A stretch of DNA of 63,997 nt, counting the filler, from Dimargaris cristalligena (Eukaryota), in NCBI GenBank assembly GCA_003614675.1. It is 3 parts of 3 records of this genome, joined end to end, with 100 filler letters (N's around TTAATTAATTAA, not from the genome) between each part and the next. Parts side by side here need not be neighbours in the genome. Positions count along the whole stretch, not along the records: positions 45,265 to 63,997 come from ML002757.1; 2 more parts are not named here. One strand, given 5' to 3'. How positions within the stretch are numbered: position 1 is the stretch's first letter; each line of letters starts with the position of its first letter. The notes under the pieces are model-generated. The model was given only the letters and a program-made list of their open reading frames with translations, was not told where the DNA came from and searched no databases. Positions 48,537 to 62,303 of the stretch are shown here, piece after piece. The translations under genes were made by a program, and so were the position numbers.

Positions 48537-49908
48537 GGTGCAACAGGGCTTGCGGGAGCAGCGAAGCAACTACAGTGGATGGCGGAGGAGAACTTGGGAA
48601 TAAGGTGAGGAGGGGCTATATAAACAATAGAATAGTGGGGAAAGGAGAAGGGAAGAGACAACGGATAATAAAGTAGGGTAGGGAATTCTTTTAGAAAGAA
48701 AGGGGAAAGAGTAGACTGGGTAGGAAAGAGAGAAAGGGGGGAGGGAAAGGGACCAGCGAGCGTATCTGGTGGCCTCACTAGGGTGGGTGGACAACAGGGT
48801 GGAGAGCAGTTAGTTTGTTAGTTAGTTGGTAGCTGGCTGGCTATATGCAGTGGACGAGGCACTACTGGCTATATGCGGCGACAGACTGTGACGACGAGCC
48901 AAACGTGGGGAACGAGGTTGACGCTAACAAGCCAAAGAGTTGGTGCGGAGAAGCCCCAGAAGAGAGGGGAGGGGATAAATAGAACTGCCGGGCGTGGTCA
49001 CCAATGAGACTGGTGAGGGAATGGCGTAGAAACGAAGTAGGGGAAGGAGAGTAGAAGAAGTATGGAGCGTAAAGCAACAAAGGGAGGAGGGTCCTGGGCC
49101 GGAAAAACCGGTCCTTCGAAGGTAAAACCAAGCATCAATAAGCAAGCGGTTTCGGCCAGACAATCGATTGTGCGGAGCCGAGCTTAGTAGAGGTTAAATC
49201 CGCGAATGGCGTCAGTATCTGCCGGCTCCCTTGCCAAGCTCTTCCTTTCTTTAGTTCTTTTCTCACAACAACTACTACTACTAAACAACCCAGGCAGTGG
49301 CTAAGGAAGTGGGTGGGGATGTACTATGGCCCCGTGAGCAACACACCCGGCTTCGGTTTATCAGGTGGTTGAAAAGAGGCATGGAAGAGTGTTTTATGGA
49401 CACGACAAGGGTCCAGCAGTAACATGATTCGTTAGCCACTTTAACGAGCAAAGAAGCGGACCTTGTTCGAAGCAACGACAACGAAGGCGACGTATACTTC
49501 TATCGCCCGCCCACCGTAAACAAAACACTGCCATCATTTTTCCGCGATAGCCGGAATAACCCCAATCTTGACACGAAGGGCCATTTTATCCAGTGTCCTT
49601 CATGTCTAGAAGGAATATATATTGGTGTGGACACTGAATCTCCACAAGCACTACCACTCTGGGACTATTACACTGTAAGGCCGCACACATTCACATATAT
49701 GCATATATATGGAAGAACTGCGCATACCTTGTAGCTAGACAGTAGAGCGCCCAACCCCCACTTGGTTACCCAACCGCCACTAATTACAAGACCTGACTAC
49801 CCCACTTTAGCATTTATACCCGAGTTCATTACCTTTGTCTATTCCAAAGGTCGTTATTGTTATTAGTACTATTAGTTTAGTTGTTCGTACTTAACTTTCA
49901 CCTTCTCG

Positions 49909-50446
49909 ATGGCTTCGCCTGCTCCCGCTACTCCGGCCCCTACCCCCCTTAAGGTCAACCTTGAATTCAGCGGTGGCATGGAACTTCTGTTTAACAACAC
50001 CAAGAACTACACCATTGAGATCCCCGCCACCACCTCCGAGCACACCCCCACGCTTCTGCGTCACCTCATCTTTTGGATCCGCGACAACCTGCTCAAGGAA
50101 AAACCCGAGTTGTTCATTAGTGCCGACACTGTGTAAGCTTATTATTCATTTTATCATTCAACCGGCTTTGCTAGAATGTTCCCAATTTATAGGGGGTGAA
50201 TAATGGGCGATACGAGACCATTACCTTGGTGCTGGCCCTCCGCCTTTTATTGCCGCGCTATTATTTAACTGTACATTTATCCCATACTATATCACACCTT
50301 GCCCATAACTAATCATCGGATGATCCAGACGGCCCGGCATTCTGGTGCTTATCAATGACACCGACTGGGAACTCGAGGGCGAGCTAGAGTATCAGATTCA
50401 GAATAACGATACCGTTGTTTTCATTTCCACTTTGCACGGAGGCTAA
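49909..50446 (+). CDS. URM1: Ubiquitin-related modifier 1; exons 49909-50132, 50329-50446
   Basis: [10 protein letters not shown]...[10 protein letters not shown]...[22 protein letters not shown]...FISTLHGG*. Confidence 0.97.
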
Positions 50447-50943
50447 TTACTGAACCCTTGAACAGCCCCACCAGCAATACTGATGTTCGAATAATCCCCC
50501 CCCCCCCCCCATTATCCCTCTCTATCTTTATTAGGGTTTGTATATAGCAGCATCTTTCCATATCCTACTAATAAAAGAGGCATATTTAGTGATCTATCGG
50601 TAGTTATAGCCGCTTCAATTTCACCCAAACCAGACAATTTCACAAAAACGATAGTCGCTCTATGAATTAAGTATCCGGTTATGGATCTTGGGCCACTTGG
50701 TAGCTGAGAGGCCCCACAGGATCGGGCTGCTTTTGAAGCTGGTGGGCCTTGTTTTTTACCAATACACGTAATATAGCTAGTTAATTAAAAATCCCCAAAT
50801 GGATTTTCTACTTCCCAGCCAATTTGGCCCACTACTATTCTTAAGTCATTCAAGTGAATTCCCCGTATAGTGCCGTCTACTTCACTCCCTAAACTCCTCG
50901 ACTTTAAACTCCTTCCTTCTCCCCCTCTCGATTACTTAAAGAC

Positions 50944-52107
50944 ATGTCTTCTCGGTTTCTCAGTCGTTATGTTAGTACTGGTTCTCGCCTGACCGCACCC
51001 ACCCCGACTCTACCAGCGGTAGGTCGCCGAGATGCACTGTCCATTGCCGCTTGGCTTGGGCCCCACCGTCAACCCACCACCTCACCTGGCACTTCTTCGT
51101 ATCCAAGCCTACCGTACCGACCAACGACCGCCCGGTGTTTTTCCACCCAACCCCCCGAAAGCCCTTCGTCGTCGGGCCCCACCACCAAGTCACCTCCATC
51201 GACGACCACCCCGTCCGAAGTAGTCGATCGCATCTACCAGGCCGCTCTCCAGCGGGTACCCGAGTACGGTTGGTCGGAACTGGCCATTGCCGAAGCCGTC
51301 CAAACGCTGGGGTACCCTCCCATTCTCCACGGGATCGTACCAGACGGCCCAGTGGGGCTGATCCAATATTTTTTGACCCAAAGTCGACTGGAAATGAACC
51401 GGCAATTGGCGGCCGACCCCCAGGCAATGGCAACCCCCACCACTTCGGCCCGGGATCGAATTCGGACGGCCTGTCGGATTCGGTTGCAATTAACGGAGCC
51501 CTACGCCCACCGGTGGAAAGAGGTAACAAAACTTAGCAGCATATTCTATATACCTATATATATATATATATGGGCATTGGTCCCCTGTATTAATGCCGAT
51601 GAAATCGGAGCTGCTTGAGTCGCTGTCGGGCATAACTTCGTAGCCATATTGTTTAAACTGCCTTCTTCCCAACCACTCATCTATGTTAGTGACTTTCTAT
51701 TAATCGAGCTCTCTATTCAAAAAAAAAACCCCTACGTTCTATTCCCAAATGCTTGATTATATTTGATGTAGGCCGCCGCGATTCTCGCCCTTCCCTCCAA
51801 CATCCCCATCGCGACTCAACACCTCTATGAACTCTCCGACGATATTTGGTACTACGCCGGCGACCGCAGCGCCGACATGAGCTGGTACACCAAACGCACC
51901 AGTCTGGCGGGCGTTTACACGGCCACCGAAATGTACATGACGGAGGATACCTCCCCCCAATTCGCCGCCACCTACGAGTTTTTGGACCGCCGACTGGCGG
52001 ATGTGGAAAGCGTCGCCGGAGCGGTGCAGGAAATCGGCAGTTTGGCTGCCTTCGCAGCTCGTTCGGCGGTGAACACGCTGGTCTCGAAGGGCATCCTCAA
52101 ATCCTAG
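50944..52107 (+). CDS. COQ9: Ubiquinone biosynthesis protein COQ9; exons 50944-51522, 51772-52107
   Basis: Mitochondrial-type presequence; AALQRVPEYGWS; |AAAILALPSN...LSDDIWYYAGDRSADMSWYTKR.SLAGVY.ATEMYMTEDTSP.F..TYEFLDRRL. Confidence 0.95.
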
Positions 52108-52587
52108 ATGAGCACGGCCTGTTCCTTCTAGTACAGCACGGCTCCCCTGACTGACCTCTCGGCTGAATCATCCATCACCAATACTAAACATCACGTACTT
52201 CAACTATTATCTAGAGACATGGCTAGCCTTAAGCACACAGACATACATATATATATATATATATGTATATGTATGTATTGATATACTAACTCAGCGATAA
52301 TACATATATATAAATTGATTGATAGAAATGGAAACAAAAATATCATTAAATTGGCTTCTAGATATAAAATCCATAAAGCCTAAAATGTTCACAGTGTAAT
52401 AGTTAAGTAATGGCTACCGCGATTAATATATATATTTAGAGGGAAAAAGAACAGATTGTAAAAATACGTTGGGCCGTGTTATGAGCGTGCAATGTCTGTT
52501 GATCGGGAGTGATGAAGCCTGGGTGACAGATGTAAATAAAAAAAGAGAGTGGTCATACTAATTTCCAACTTGAATTAGTCACCCAAG

Positions 52588-53826
52588 CTAGACCGCCGAC
52601 ATCGTCATAAAGGCCTCGTAGCCGTAGATGAGACCGAAGATAATAAAGAGCAGTCCACCACTTAGAGTGACCGTACGAACCGAAATCTGGGTAGCCAGGA
52701 AACGGCCACCCACCACGGCCAGACCGGTACAGATGCTGTGGCCGAAAATGGTGCCCACGGAGACCCAAAAGACGTCCTGGGCGGCGGCCAAAGCGATGGT
52801 GGCTAGTTGCGACCGGTCGCCCCACTCGGCCACGAACATGATGAGAGCGGTTTGCAGGAAGACCGGCGACATGACCGTCTGGAGCATCGCATAGGCGTGA
52901 CCCACCAGTCCCACGGGTGGGGGACCGCTACCGTGGGCGGACTTCTTTTTCTCGTCCTTATGGTAGTCACTACCACTCTGGACCAGGGTCGAGGTGGAGG
53001 AGGAGAAGGAGGCCGAGGGAGGGGAAGCAGCGGTACCGGAGAACCCGCCCATCTGGCTGTGGTTACGGGACTGCAGGGAAGGTGGCGAGTGGCTACTGGC
53101 ACTCCCCATCACCTGTTCACTACTGCCGCCGCCGGCCCCGATGGCGAATTCACCGGCTTCGAGCTCGTACGCCTCCTCGGCCTTGTGTCCTTCTTCCAAT
53201 TCAGCACTGGTTTCGTCCATCTCCTTCTGAGCGTGATCCGCATCCATAGCCCAACCCTCGAGCAGCATTTTAGCACCAAAGACCAGGAACAAAAGGGCGG
53301 CGGCCATTTCAACATAACTACGGGGAACGAGTTTGGGCAACAGATGGCCCAACATGGCCGACAGCACGGTCATGACGGCCAGGGCCGAAATAGCGGCACT
53401 GAAGATAAGCAGCCGGGAGTGTTTCATGGCCATGATGGCGGCAATGAAGAAGGTTTTGTCGCCGATTTCGGACACGATGGTCATGAGCACACTGGAGACG
53501 AGGGCCTGGGCCTGGTCGGGACTGACGTAGCCCATGCCTAAGCCTAGAGAAGAAGCTTCCCCGCCGTTCACGATGGGGATTGACGAGGACCGCTGCTGCT
53601 GCTGGAGTTGCTGGACATTGGGTTCGGCCACGGAAGCGGCGGTGCCTGAACCAACCTCTTGCCAAGCCTCCCGGTGCGACCAACCGCCACCCTCAGTGGC
53701 GCTGGGTGCGGCAGCGAAGGCAGTATCGAGCAGTAGGAGGAGCGGGAGTAGAGTGGCGACAATGTAGCCTAGACGCAGAAGCGTTCGGCGATTGGGAAGA
53801 CGTGGGCTGAGTTGTCGGACGGCCAT
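52588..53826 (-). CDS. GDT1: GDT1/TMEM165 (UPF0016) Golgi Ca2+/Mn2+ antiporter, intronless
   Basis: Two signature motifs, SEIGDKTF and AEWGDRSQ; N-terminal hydrophobic signal; acidic central loop. Confidence 0.95.
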   Translation of the reverse strand: MAVRQLSPRLPNRRTLLRLGYIVATLLPLLLLLDTAFAAAPSATEGGGWSHREAWQEVGSGTAASVAEPNVQQLQQQQRSSSIPIVNGGEASSLGLGMGYVSPDQAQALVSSVLMTIVSEIGDKTFFIAAIMAMKHSRLLIFSAAISALAVMTVLSAMLGHLLPKLVPRSYVEMAAALLFLVFGAKMLLEGWAMDADHAQKEMDETSAELEEGHKAEEAYELEAGEFAIGAGGGSSEQVMGSASSHSPPSLQSRNHSQMGGFSGTAASPPSASFSSSTSTLVQSGSDYHKDEKKKSAHGSGPPPVGLVGHAYAMLQTVMSPVFLQTALIMFVAEWGDRSQLATIALAAAQDVFWVSVGTIFGHSICTGLAVVGGRFLATQISVRTVTLSGGLLFIIFGLIYGYEAFMTMSAV

Positions 53827-56800
53827 AGTGGTTGAATGTGTGGGTTTCTGAATCAAACAGGGTCAATAACAAGGGAGTGGAAAGTATACACGGAGGGGTA
53901 GAAGAGCCGGTTACGTTGCGGAATAGAAGAGTCGAACGGTAAAAAAACTAAGGTAGTTAGGGGGTTGGCATAAAATCGTGAGGAGACGTAAAGAGAAAGT
54001 GGAAAGGATGGCGAATGGGTCAGAAATAGAGGTATAATATACACTCCAGCAAGAAGAGAAGGAGCAATAGCAAAACAAGTTGGCCGAAAAGTACCAGAAA
54101 AAAAGAGGGGGGTTGGCTATTTAGATGGCTAGAGATAGGAAAGGAAGGATGTCCGCTAATAAATAGAGCTATACCATACGCTGAGGGGAGAGAGATGTGA
54201 CCTCCGCTAGTGATTGATATAATAAGGAAGGACTCCTTGGAAGGGAAATATGTCGTATATCTTGGCTTTCCATCTTTATTTCGTTTTAGAAAACCTATCC
54301 CTTGGGTTAGGGATTAGCGCACAGGCAAAAAGATTCGCTGAACCGTACACGGGCTTACTGCCAAAGGAAGAGTCGGAACGGGGGACGATGGAATTGCGAG
54401 ACTCTCCTTTACTCTAGCACTTGTTGTTTTTAGTACGACTTGTACAGCCGCATAATCGGCGGGGGACGAAGGGCCAGACAATTGGTGGAACGAAGCAGAT
54501 ATATACACTGGCCATCGACTCTGGTTTTAATTAAAGGACCCGCGTTCTGGTGCTCGGACCGATGACTCGGCTCCCCTTCGTTATAACCCACCCCCCCTGC
54601 ATTATTATCATGGGGGCTGATGGTCGGAGACATCGGCCCAGTCGGCACTTGGTCGTTGGAACGGGCGCATTGCGGTATACGGTGGATTTGAGTCGCTCAT
54701 AGCCACCAGTATCTTGTAAATGTATCCACCAGAAACACCCTAGTCTGCATCCGCCCGTTAATCTCTTTAGGATACGCGATGCTGGGAGGGATGGTTTTTC
54801 GTGAGATCAAAGCCCAGTATATCCATCGAATTCCCGATGAAGGGCTGCGAAGGTGTCCCAGTGTCAAATTGTGACTTGTTCTTTAATAATGAGTGGACAA
54901 GTCTACTACCAAGCCAACAGTTCAGCGGCACAAAACTGGAATTAGATGCAGATTCGATATTTCATATAAATTGTGTGATTGATGGAGGTGGAACTTGGAA
55001 CGACTGCATTGAGTTTTCGACGAAATTTAAGCGGTATAACCCACTATACCTCGTAGAACTCTTGTCGGTATACAGGTTTGATATTGCATAGCTATACTAA
55101 ATGTATTCCATGGACACCGAGTACCCAACATAGAAAACCTGTGGACCATGCCATTGGGCTTTTAGTTGGCGAAAAATAAGGTTTTGTGACTGTAGTGTCC
55201 AAAAGGGGTATTGTTTGGCAATATAAACGACGAAATAAGCGGATCCATGTGCCCACCAGCGATACAGCTCCTAGACTATGAGGTAGGCTCGGAATGGGAT
55301 AGTGCGAGTATGGACCTCGCCCATCTTTGCCCTCTATGACACCTTTGGAAGAGTTACCGGCACCCTCGGTTAAGTCAGCTAACGGAGCCATATTTAACCC
55401 GCCCAAAGTATGCTGCACCAGACCAGCATGGCGGCAGTCAATAGCAGGTGTAGTACGACTGGGAATATAAATAGAAAAGGGAGTTGACGGCATGGGTGAT
55501 TTTCAACTGCGTAAGTGACTGTATCTTGTACTTGTTTATCAACCCATCTTCATCATTATGTTCCTGCGAGCACCATGGGGGAATCAGGCATTAGCAAATC
55601 AGGAAGATGTCAGTTATTTCTTATCCATCTTTCTGATGATTCCCCTGGGCTCAGGAATAGACTATATCCATTATATCCGGCAGTGGCTGGATATGAGAGG
55701 ATGGAGGGGATCGCCCAGCGGCAGTGGTAGTAGTGGCCGAGGTTGTTGAGGGGGGTTTTGGGCCACTACTAGTTACGAAACTGGGCCGCTATTGTTGTAG
55801 GATCACCGCTCATCTCCTTGGATTATTAGGCCTTCTTAACCGACCACCGTCTCTTCTACATGCCTATTGTTGTATACCGACCTCGTTCACTATTGGCTCG
55901 GATGGCTTCTACTGTTAGGACAATCCCAAGTGGTATAAGCTACAAGGGGGGAAGAGAGACGGGGGAGTATGTATTATTTGTAGGGCGATGGAAGATATTT
56001 TAAGTGGCCTAGCCCGTGCGCCTACCAATAGAAGAATACCCACCGCACACTGTTCTCGTTCCTATTGTTTAGCATGGCTGCTGGAGAGAGAACCCGTGGA
56101 AATTATATGTTTAAATTACCCCCCTGTTCCCTTTGTTTTCAGAGCTCTGCAATCCGAAGGGCAAGCTAACCTCCACTCAGCTACGTTCGATTACCGATTT
56201 TGGCCCGGATTTACCCCCGCTGTATTCCCTGCTCGGCCTATGATTAGCATCGCCCCTCCCCTTCCTATTCTCCAATTTAGCTGGATTGCCCATTGTCTAA
56301 TATAGCTGACAGAAAAAGTCGACGGGTATCAAGAATAACCTAGTTGGCCCAATTGCGTAGCCATTTAAGATAGGGCCTACTGCTCCGCCCCGTTGTTGAT
56401 GAAGTACGGAACACGGTGGAATAGAGATGGCTTGGGGGATAATCTAAGTGGTTCGGTTCTCCGACAATCGACACTGAGATGGACCATCGGGACAGTCGGC
56501 GATGGGCAAAGTACGCCCTATAAACTTACATTACAACACCTGTCCACGACAGCTGGGGTACGGGGGAGAGAAGAGTGTAGATTGCTGCAAACACCAGTCG
56601 TTCAGGCATCTTTAAACTTACCTCAGTCCTTCTTTATCAGGCAAGTTTCAACAGTTATTTGGGGACTAGGAATATATCATCGATATTTCCATGCCCCCAT
56701 GGCTACCGAAAAAGGGCTAATCTGCCGTTTAATGCACGGCGTATATCTAGGCCATGTTCATTGAAATGCACCAGGGCTGCAGTGATCCTGATTGCCGCGC

Positions 56801-59778
56801 CACAGCAGAAGAAGTCCTGTCATCGAAAACAATTAGCCGTTGTTCCACATTCTTCTCCCACTCGCCGGGAATGTATGGTTGGGCATTGCAAAAAACCACA
56901 CAGTGCATTCCAGCCGCCCACACCATACAATAGCTGTACGAGAAGAAAATGGTAGAACCATGGAAAAAGGTACACGCGGAATACCAAATACACCCGGCCG
57001 AGACAGAGGGGCATGGAGGACCGTTTAAATGAAACTGTCCGGCTTAACCAACAGGGGAGGGGGGTCGACGCAGATGAACATGGGCCCCCTTCTCCTAAAA
57101 CCACTAGAGAACAGGGAGAATTTCTCCGATACCGGGCCCAGGCTACAACACCCCTCCATCGACTTCGTTCGTTCACAGGCTTGCCAGCTGTAGAAGACTA
57201 CCACAACTCACTCCTCCCTTATTCGCCAAGGGGCAGTGAATGCAGGTGTGACGGGCCATTAATCAGGTGGCTGCTAAAAATAGCTGGTGTGCCTCACACA
57301 TTCCCGCCATCACCTATTTCCACCCGCTTAAGGTAAACCGGCAAAGTTGGGGGGGCGGGGCAGGAATAACCTATTTTTACCCTTACCTAGCTGGGGTATA
57401 TTATATACTCAACAAACTGGTTGAGGGGAATAGGATTCGAGTTGGTCTATAGACTAGATGAATCAACTCTAGCCTTAACCTCAGCCCCAGCCTTGGCTGA
57501 CTGGGCGCTGGCAATAATGGCGACGGTGCCGTGGCTATGTGGCGACACAAAGGAACCCATCGACCTAAACACCCCTCCCCCGTTAGCATAAACAATGGCC
57601 TATTCGCTCGGGGAGTCCGTAAGCCTCGAGGGTTTTGTTCTGGCCCGAATTCCCAAAGGCCTGGGACCTCGTTTTACCAGCGAGTGGTAGCAGGTCAGTC
57701 CTCTCCCGCCGCATTCTCAAACTCTCTTGTATTTTTTATCCCTCTACCATTGCAGACATTCTTCCCCCCTTTCCCGAGACCCCTGCCTTCCATCCCTCGC
57801 TCCCGTTTTCCTCGCCTTGGCAACGCCTCCCTAGCCTTGACCTATCATATATAGCGGACCAGTCAACCAACCATAATAGGACGCCTCTACCAGCTGGAGG
57901 GGCCTCCCTCTACTCCTGCAGCTAGCAGCCAGGCGTACAACCCTCTCTATCCACCCAAGGGAAGGGTAAAGGAATACTTTTGACCTACCAAAAACGAACA
58001 GTTGGTGGTATTTCAGGACTTTGGCAGTGTTTGGGTGGTGCCCCTCCAGCAATTGGTTTGCCTGTCTGAATGATAGGTATGGAGCTGCCCCTTCAGGCTA
58101 TCGAGCCTCAAGTCCGTTCGACCCGTGTTTACCATCTTCCAGTGACCAGATCCAACGCATTGGCATCGTTGCTTAGCGTGTACCAATCCCGGCTGACAAC
58201 CCCACGCTTTACCGTCTCGGTGAGTGGATGATGGTGGCGGTAGAGGTGTATATGCGCCCTGACGGGGAGGGCGGCTATATATGCCGGCCACCCATTCATC
58301 CATTAGACTAGCAGAGGTTCTTTGGAAGAGTGGTTTTAGTCGCGGAGTAGAACCAACCAACCAACCAACCAGTGGGCTTGGATAGTCCCGTTCCTCGCAT
58401 TCCAAACCACTCGGCATTGGCCGGCCATTTCCCCATTCAGTTGTTATAGGCCAACTGTGCTATAGTATTATATATTATTAAACGCATATATCAACAATAA
58501 GCATACAATCTGGTCACTCACTTGCATTTATCCACAAGGCGATTTAAACTAATGCGGGCTTGGGCATGAAAAGAAGGCCCCGCCGGTTTCAAGATGGAGA
58601 CCTCATATATAGAGGGCTAGCGCGCCTCCCCCCTTTCCTTGTTGCCGTTTTTTACTATATTTAGAGTAGGTGCTCACCCCCCCTCCCCATCTTTACTTAT
58701 ACTCTCCTCCGCCCTAATTGTCTCCGCTTTATAGCAACCACCTGCTATTGTGTTGCTCCTGACCATCCTTTTCCTTCTTGGTTCCCACTGTGTCTTTATA
58801 TCTATTTATCTATAAAACACAATTATATTCCCTGTGTGTGTAGTGTGCCCCTCCGCCACCTTTCCTCGCGACCTTTCTTCCTATATACCACCAAGTTCCT
58901 GCCCGAGACTTATCTTCTCCAATATCTCTCCTAGAGCCTCCCTTAGTTTCAAAAGAGTCCATCCGGCGTTGCTTATAGACCGCGTGCCATTGGCGGAGTT
59001 TCTGCATTTCCCTACGCCTTTCTCCTTCTTCCCCCCCTCATATAGTTTCTATTCTAGTACATTCCTTGCCTCGGCTACTGTCTAGTCTCCATACCGCCCC
59101 GGTATATGCCCTATTCTTTCCGTGTCTTACTCGGCTGTGTTTGAAGGTTTCCAGGTGCGGTTTTTTCTGCCTTTATCGGTTTCTCTCACCTCCCTTCTCT
59201 TTTGCAGTCTCCTCTACCTTTTCCTCAGTCAACCTTACATATTTAGAATATATATATGTATAGGTAACTTTTCCTTCAACTTCTTCATACACGGCTACTA
59301 CCTTTGCTATCTCACCGGTGTGCGACCCCCCTAACCTATTCTTTCGGTTCTATTTCACTTTGGTCCCACCGACGCAGTACGACCCCAGTGGCTTTCCCGT
59401 ACCACTACTCTTCCTCCTATCGGAATATACTCTCCGTCGTGTCGTTTGGGCCGCTCTATCATAACGCGTCTGTCTGACTTGCACCGTGCAATACCCCCCT
59501 CGCTGTTATATAACCCCCCCCCCCTTGGCCCTGCTTCGGCTAACTCCCCTCCGTTGCCCGTATAATAATTCTGTGTCTCGTATATATTTATATTTTCCGA
59601 GACCCCCCACTCCTCCCACTTTACGCCTTTAGACAACTGGTCCCGAATCCCTTACCACTACCCCCCCCTCAGTTCTTACCACCTCTATTTATTTTTAACC
59701 GTCAAGGTGGCTACTCTATTCTCCCCTCTTTTATAACTTACCACATCGTCCTCCTTTCTCGCTTGAGTGACCGTTACA

Positions 59779-60939
59779 ATGTCCATGATGACCGACGAGA
59801 AATATATTGGGATGGGCCTTGCCCTCTCCTCAAGTGCCCTTATCGGCGTCAGCTTTGTGCTCACCAAGAAGGGTCTCATGAGCACGTCAGCCAAGTACGG
59901 GTCCGCCTCCGACTCCTACAATTACTTCCGCAACTACATTTGGTGGGCGGGCATGACTCTATTGGGACTCGGTGAATTAGCCAACTTCGCCGCTTACTCC
60001 TTTGCCCCCGCCGTGTTGGTCACTCCCCTGGGCGCGCTTAGCGTTATTGTTGGGGCTATCCTGGCCTCCCTATTTTTGGGCGAAAAGATAACACCAACGG
60101 GTAAAGCCGGCTGTGCGCTGTGTCTTTTGGGCTCGGTGGTCATTATTATCCACGCCCCCGAAGACGAGGTCATCTCGTCCGTGGACCAGATCTTCCAACT
60201 GGCTATGCGGCCCTGGTTCCTGCTGTACTCCTTCGCCGTCCTCGTGTTCAGCCTGGTCATGATGTTCAAGGTGGCCCCCAAGTACGGCAAAACCAACCCA
60301 CTTATCTACATCTCCATCTGTTCTCTGGTAGGCTCCATGACCGTCACCGCCTGCAAGGGCTTCGGTATTGCCTTGAAACTAACTTTCGCCGGTAACAACC
60401 AGCTGACCCACCTGTCAACCTATGTGTTCGCTCTCACCGTTGTGGTATGCATTGTGGTGCAAATGAACTACTTCAACAAGGCCCTCGAAGTGTTCTCCAC
60501 CAACATCGTGACCCCCATTTACTACGTCTTCTTCACCACCGCCACCATCGTTGCCTCCATCACGCTCTTCCGGGGGTTCACCAAGACCGATACCGTCGAT
60601 ATCACCTCCCTTATCTGCGGCTTCCTAATCATTTTCATCGGCGTGTTCCTGCTCAACTCGTGTAAAACCGACGGCCAGGTGTCCGACAAGTCATTTTCCG
60701 ATACCGTCAGTCTGCGTGAAATCTGTACCGAGGACCCTAGCACCTCGTCAGACTCTATTGGTCTTCTGGAACACCATAGTAACCAGCAGCTCCACCAGCA
60801 TGGCCAGTCCATGGAATATGTTGCCGTCCACCACGACGGCGATGACGACGATGTTGGATTGCCAACCCAGTCCCATCAGCGGGGTACTATCATTACTTCC
60901 ACTGAACAGTATATTGAACGGAGGCTATCCCAGGTCTAA
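59779..60939 (+). CDS. NIPA2: NIPA-family (DUF803) Mg2+ transporter, intronless CDS
   Basis: KYIGMGLALSSS...KKGL; WWAGM...GELANFAAYSFAPAVLVTPLGALSV; YISICSLVGS; QMNYFNKAL; VTPIYYV. Confidence 0.93.
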   Translation: MSMMTDEKYIGMGLALSSSALIGVSFVLTKKGLMSTSAKYGSASDSYNYFRNYIWWAGMTLLGLGELANFAAYSFAPAVLVTPLGALSVIVGAILASLFLGEKITPTGKAGCALCLLGSVVIIIHAPEDEVISSVDQIFQLAMRPWFLLYSFAVLVFSLVMMFKVAPKYGKTNPLIYISICSLVGSMTVTACKGFGIALKLTFAGNNQLTHLSTYVFALTVVVCIVVQMNYFNKALEVFSTNIVTPIYYVFFTTATIVASITLFRGFTKTDTVDITSLICGFLIIFIGVFLLNSCKTDGQVSDKSFSDTVSLREICTEDPSTSSDSIGLLEHHSNQQLHQHGQSMEYVAVHHDGDDDDVGLPTQSHQRGTIITSTEQYIERRLSQV

Positions 60940-62303
60940 ACTGGACGATGGCGTGTGTAGTTTCGCTCTAACTGCCTCCCCTATGTCTCCCTCCCATTGC
61001 CCTTTTCTTCATTTGTTCTTTGACAAGTCGCTTAGTTTAGTTATTGATTTCTTTTGGCACTTCCTAAACACTCACATCTTCCTACCAACCCGCCTTTAAC
61101 TCTTCTACCATTTGTCACCCTCCCCCCGATATTCGCTATTAGTACTGTCTACTACAGCTGGCCTGACTTTTTATACTATATCTGCCTCTTCTTCTGTTTT
61201 ATACCTTACCACCCCCCCTTTCCACATTACCATTCGATCCTATTTTGTACAAAATTGCCCCTTAGGAAAAGGGGAACGTCTTTTGTTTTATTTTGTCTTC
61301 GAGGTGTCCCCCTTATGGCCTCCGAGCCCCTTCCCCACTGCACCCACCCTCCCATCCTATTTTTGCGCCAACGATGGATCTTTTCACTCCTGTACTAACT
61401 TGTATAAATAGTTACCGGCGTCTTCGTTGGGTCCCAGCAAAATCCACTCACTCATGTGTGGTTCAAATTATTCTATAAATTCAACTATTTGTGCCTAGGG
61501 CAGGGGGATTCTGTTAAATAATTCGTCAGTGTCCATAATCTTTTTTAATTTCTCGGACTTTGTTTTTTAGATGCATTATTCTTTTCACACTGTCCGCGCT
61601 TTAATCTTAGGTTACATGAGTACTATTCTGGGTAGGCATTTATTAAATTCCTGTGCGAATTGGACATGTCATACTGGAATTTTATATTGTATACATTGTT
61701 AATTAATTTTATTATGACTAGACTAGATATTCTTAGACCTTTTTATATACAACCCTTACTAAACCCATTAAGCAACAGTATATGCCCGTGGGGGTTAAAT
61801 GAAGTGAATGTTCTGCTGCAGTCGTCGGTCTGCGAATGGGGGAAGGGGTGCGTATTTATCAACCTGCTATATTGATGAATGTACTTCTAAATTTAGTCGG
61901 GCTTGGGCAATACATTCCCACCGAAGCCCCCCCCCCTTCAAAACATTCCCAAGATGGCAAACCAAAATTATTTAATATTACTAAGTTATGAACAGGTGAA
62001 CATGCTTTTAAATGTAAATATACCAAAAATATATATAAAAAAAACAAAACTTGGGTGTGAAGAAAATAAATATAGGGTAAATGACAAACCAAAATATAGA
62101 TAAAATAAAAATAAAAATAGAAACGAAATACTAAAAATAGGTACGTTTCCCCCCATCAAAGAAGTGATGGAGTCCGTGGGAGGGAAATTGTGATAAAACA
62201 ACCATTGTACCTCGGGGACACTTAATCAGTTGTTACCGCTCTCTCACGTTCCACTCCATTGTACACCTCTCTAAAGCAGCGCGTACATACGTACCCCGAT
62301 GGT

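Noticed and set aside
52807..53541. Long antisense or alternative-frame ORFs over GDT1, and similar ones over the HMG, CK1, COQ9 and HECT genes
   Set aside because: These are shadow ORFs from GC-rich codon usage with no recognisable motifs.
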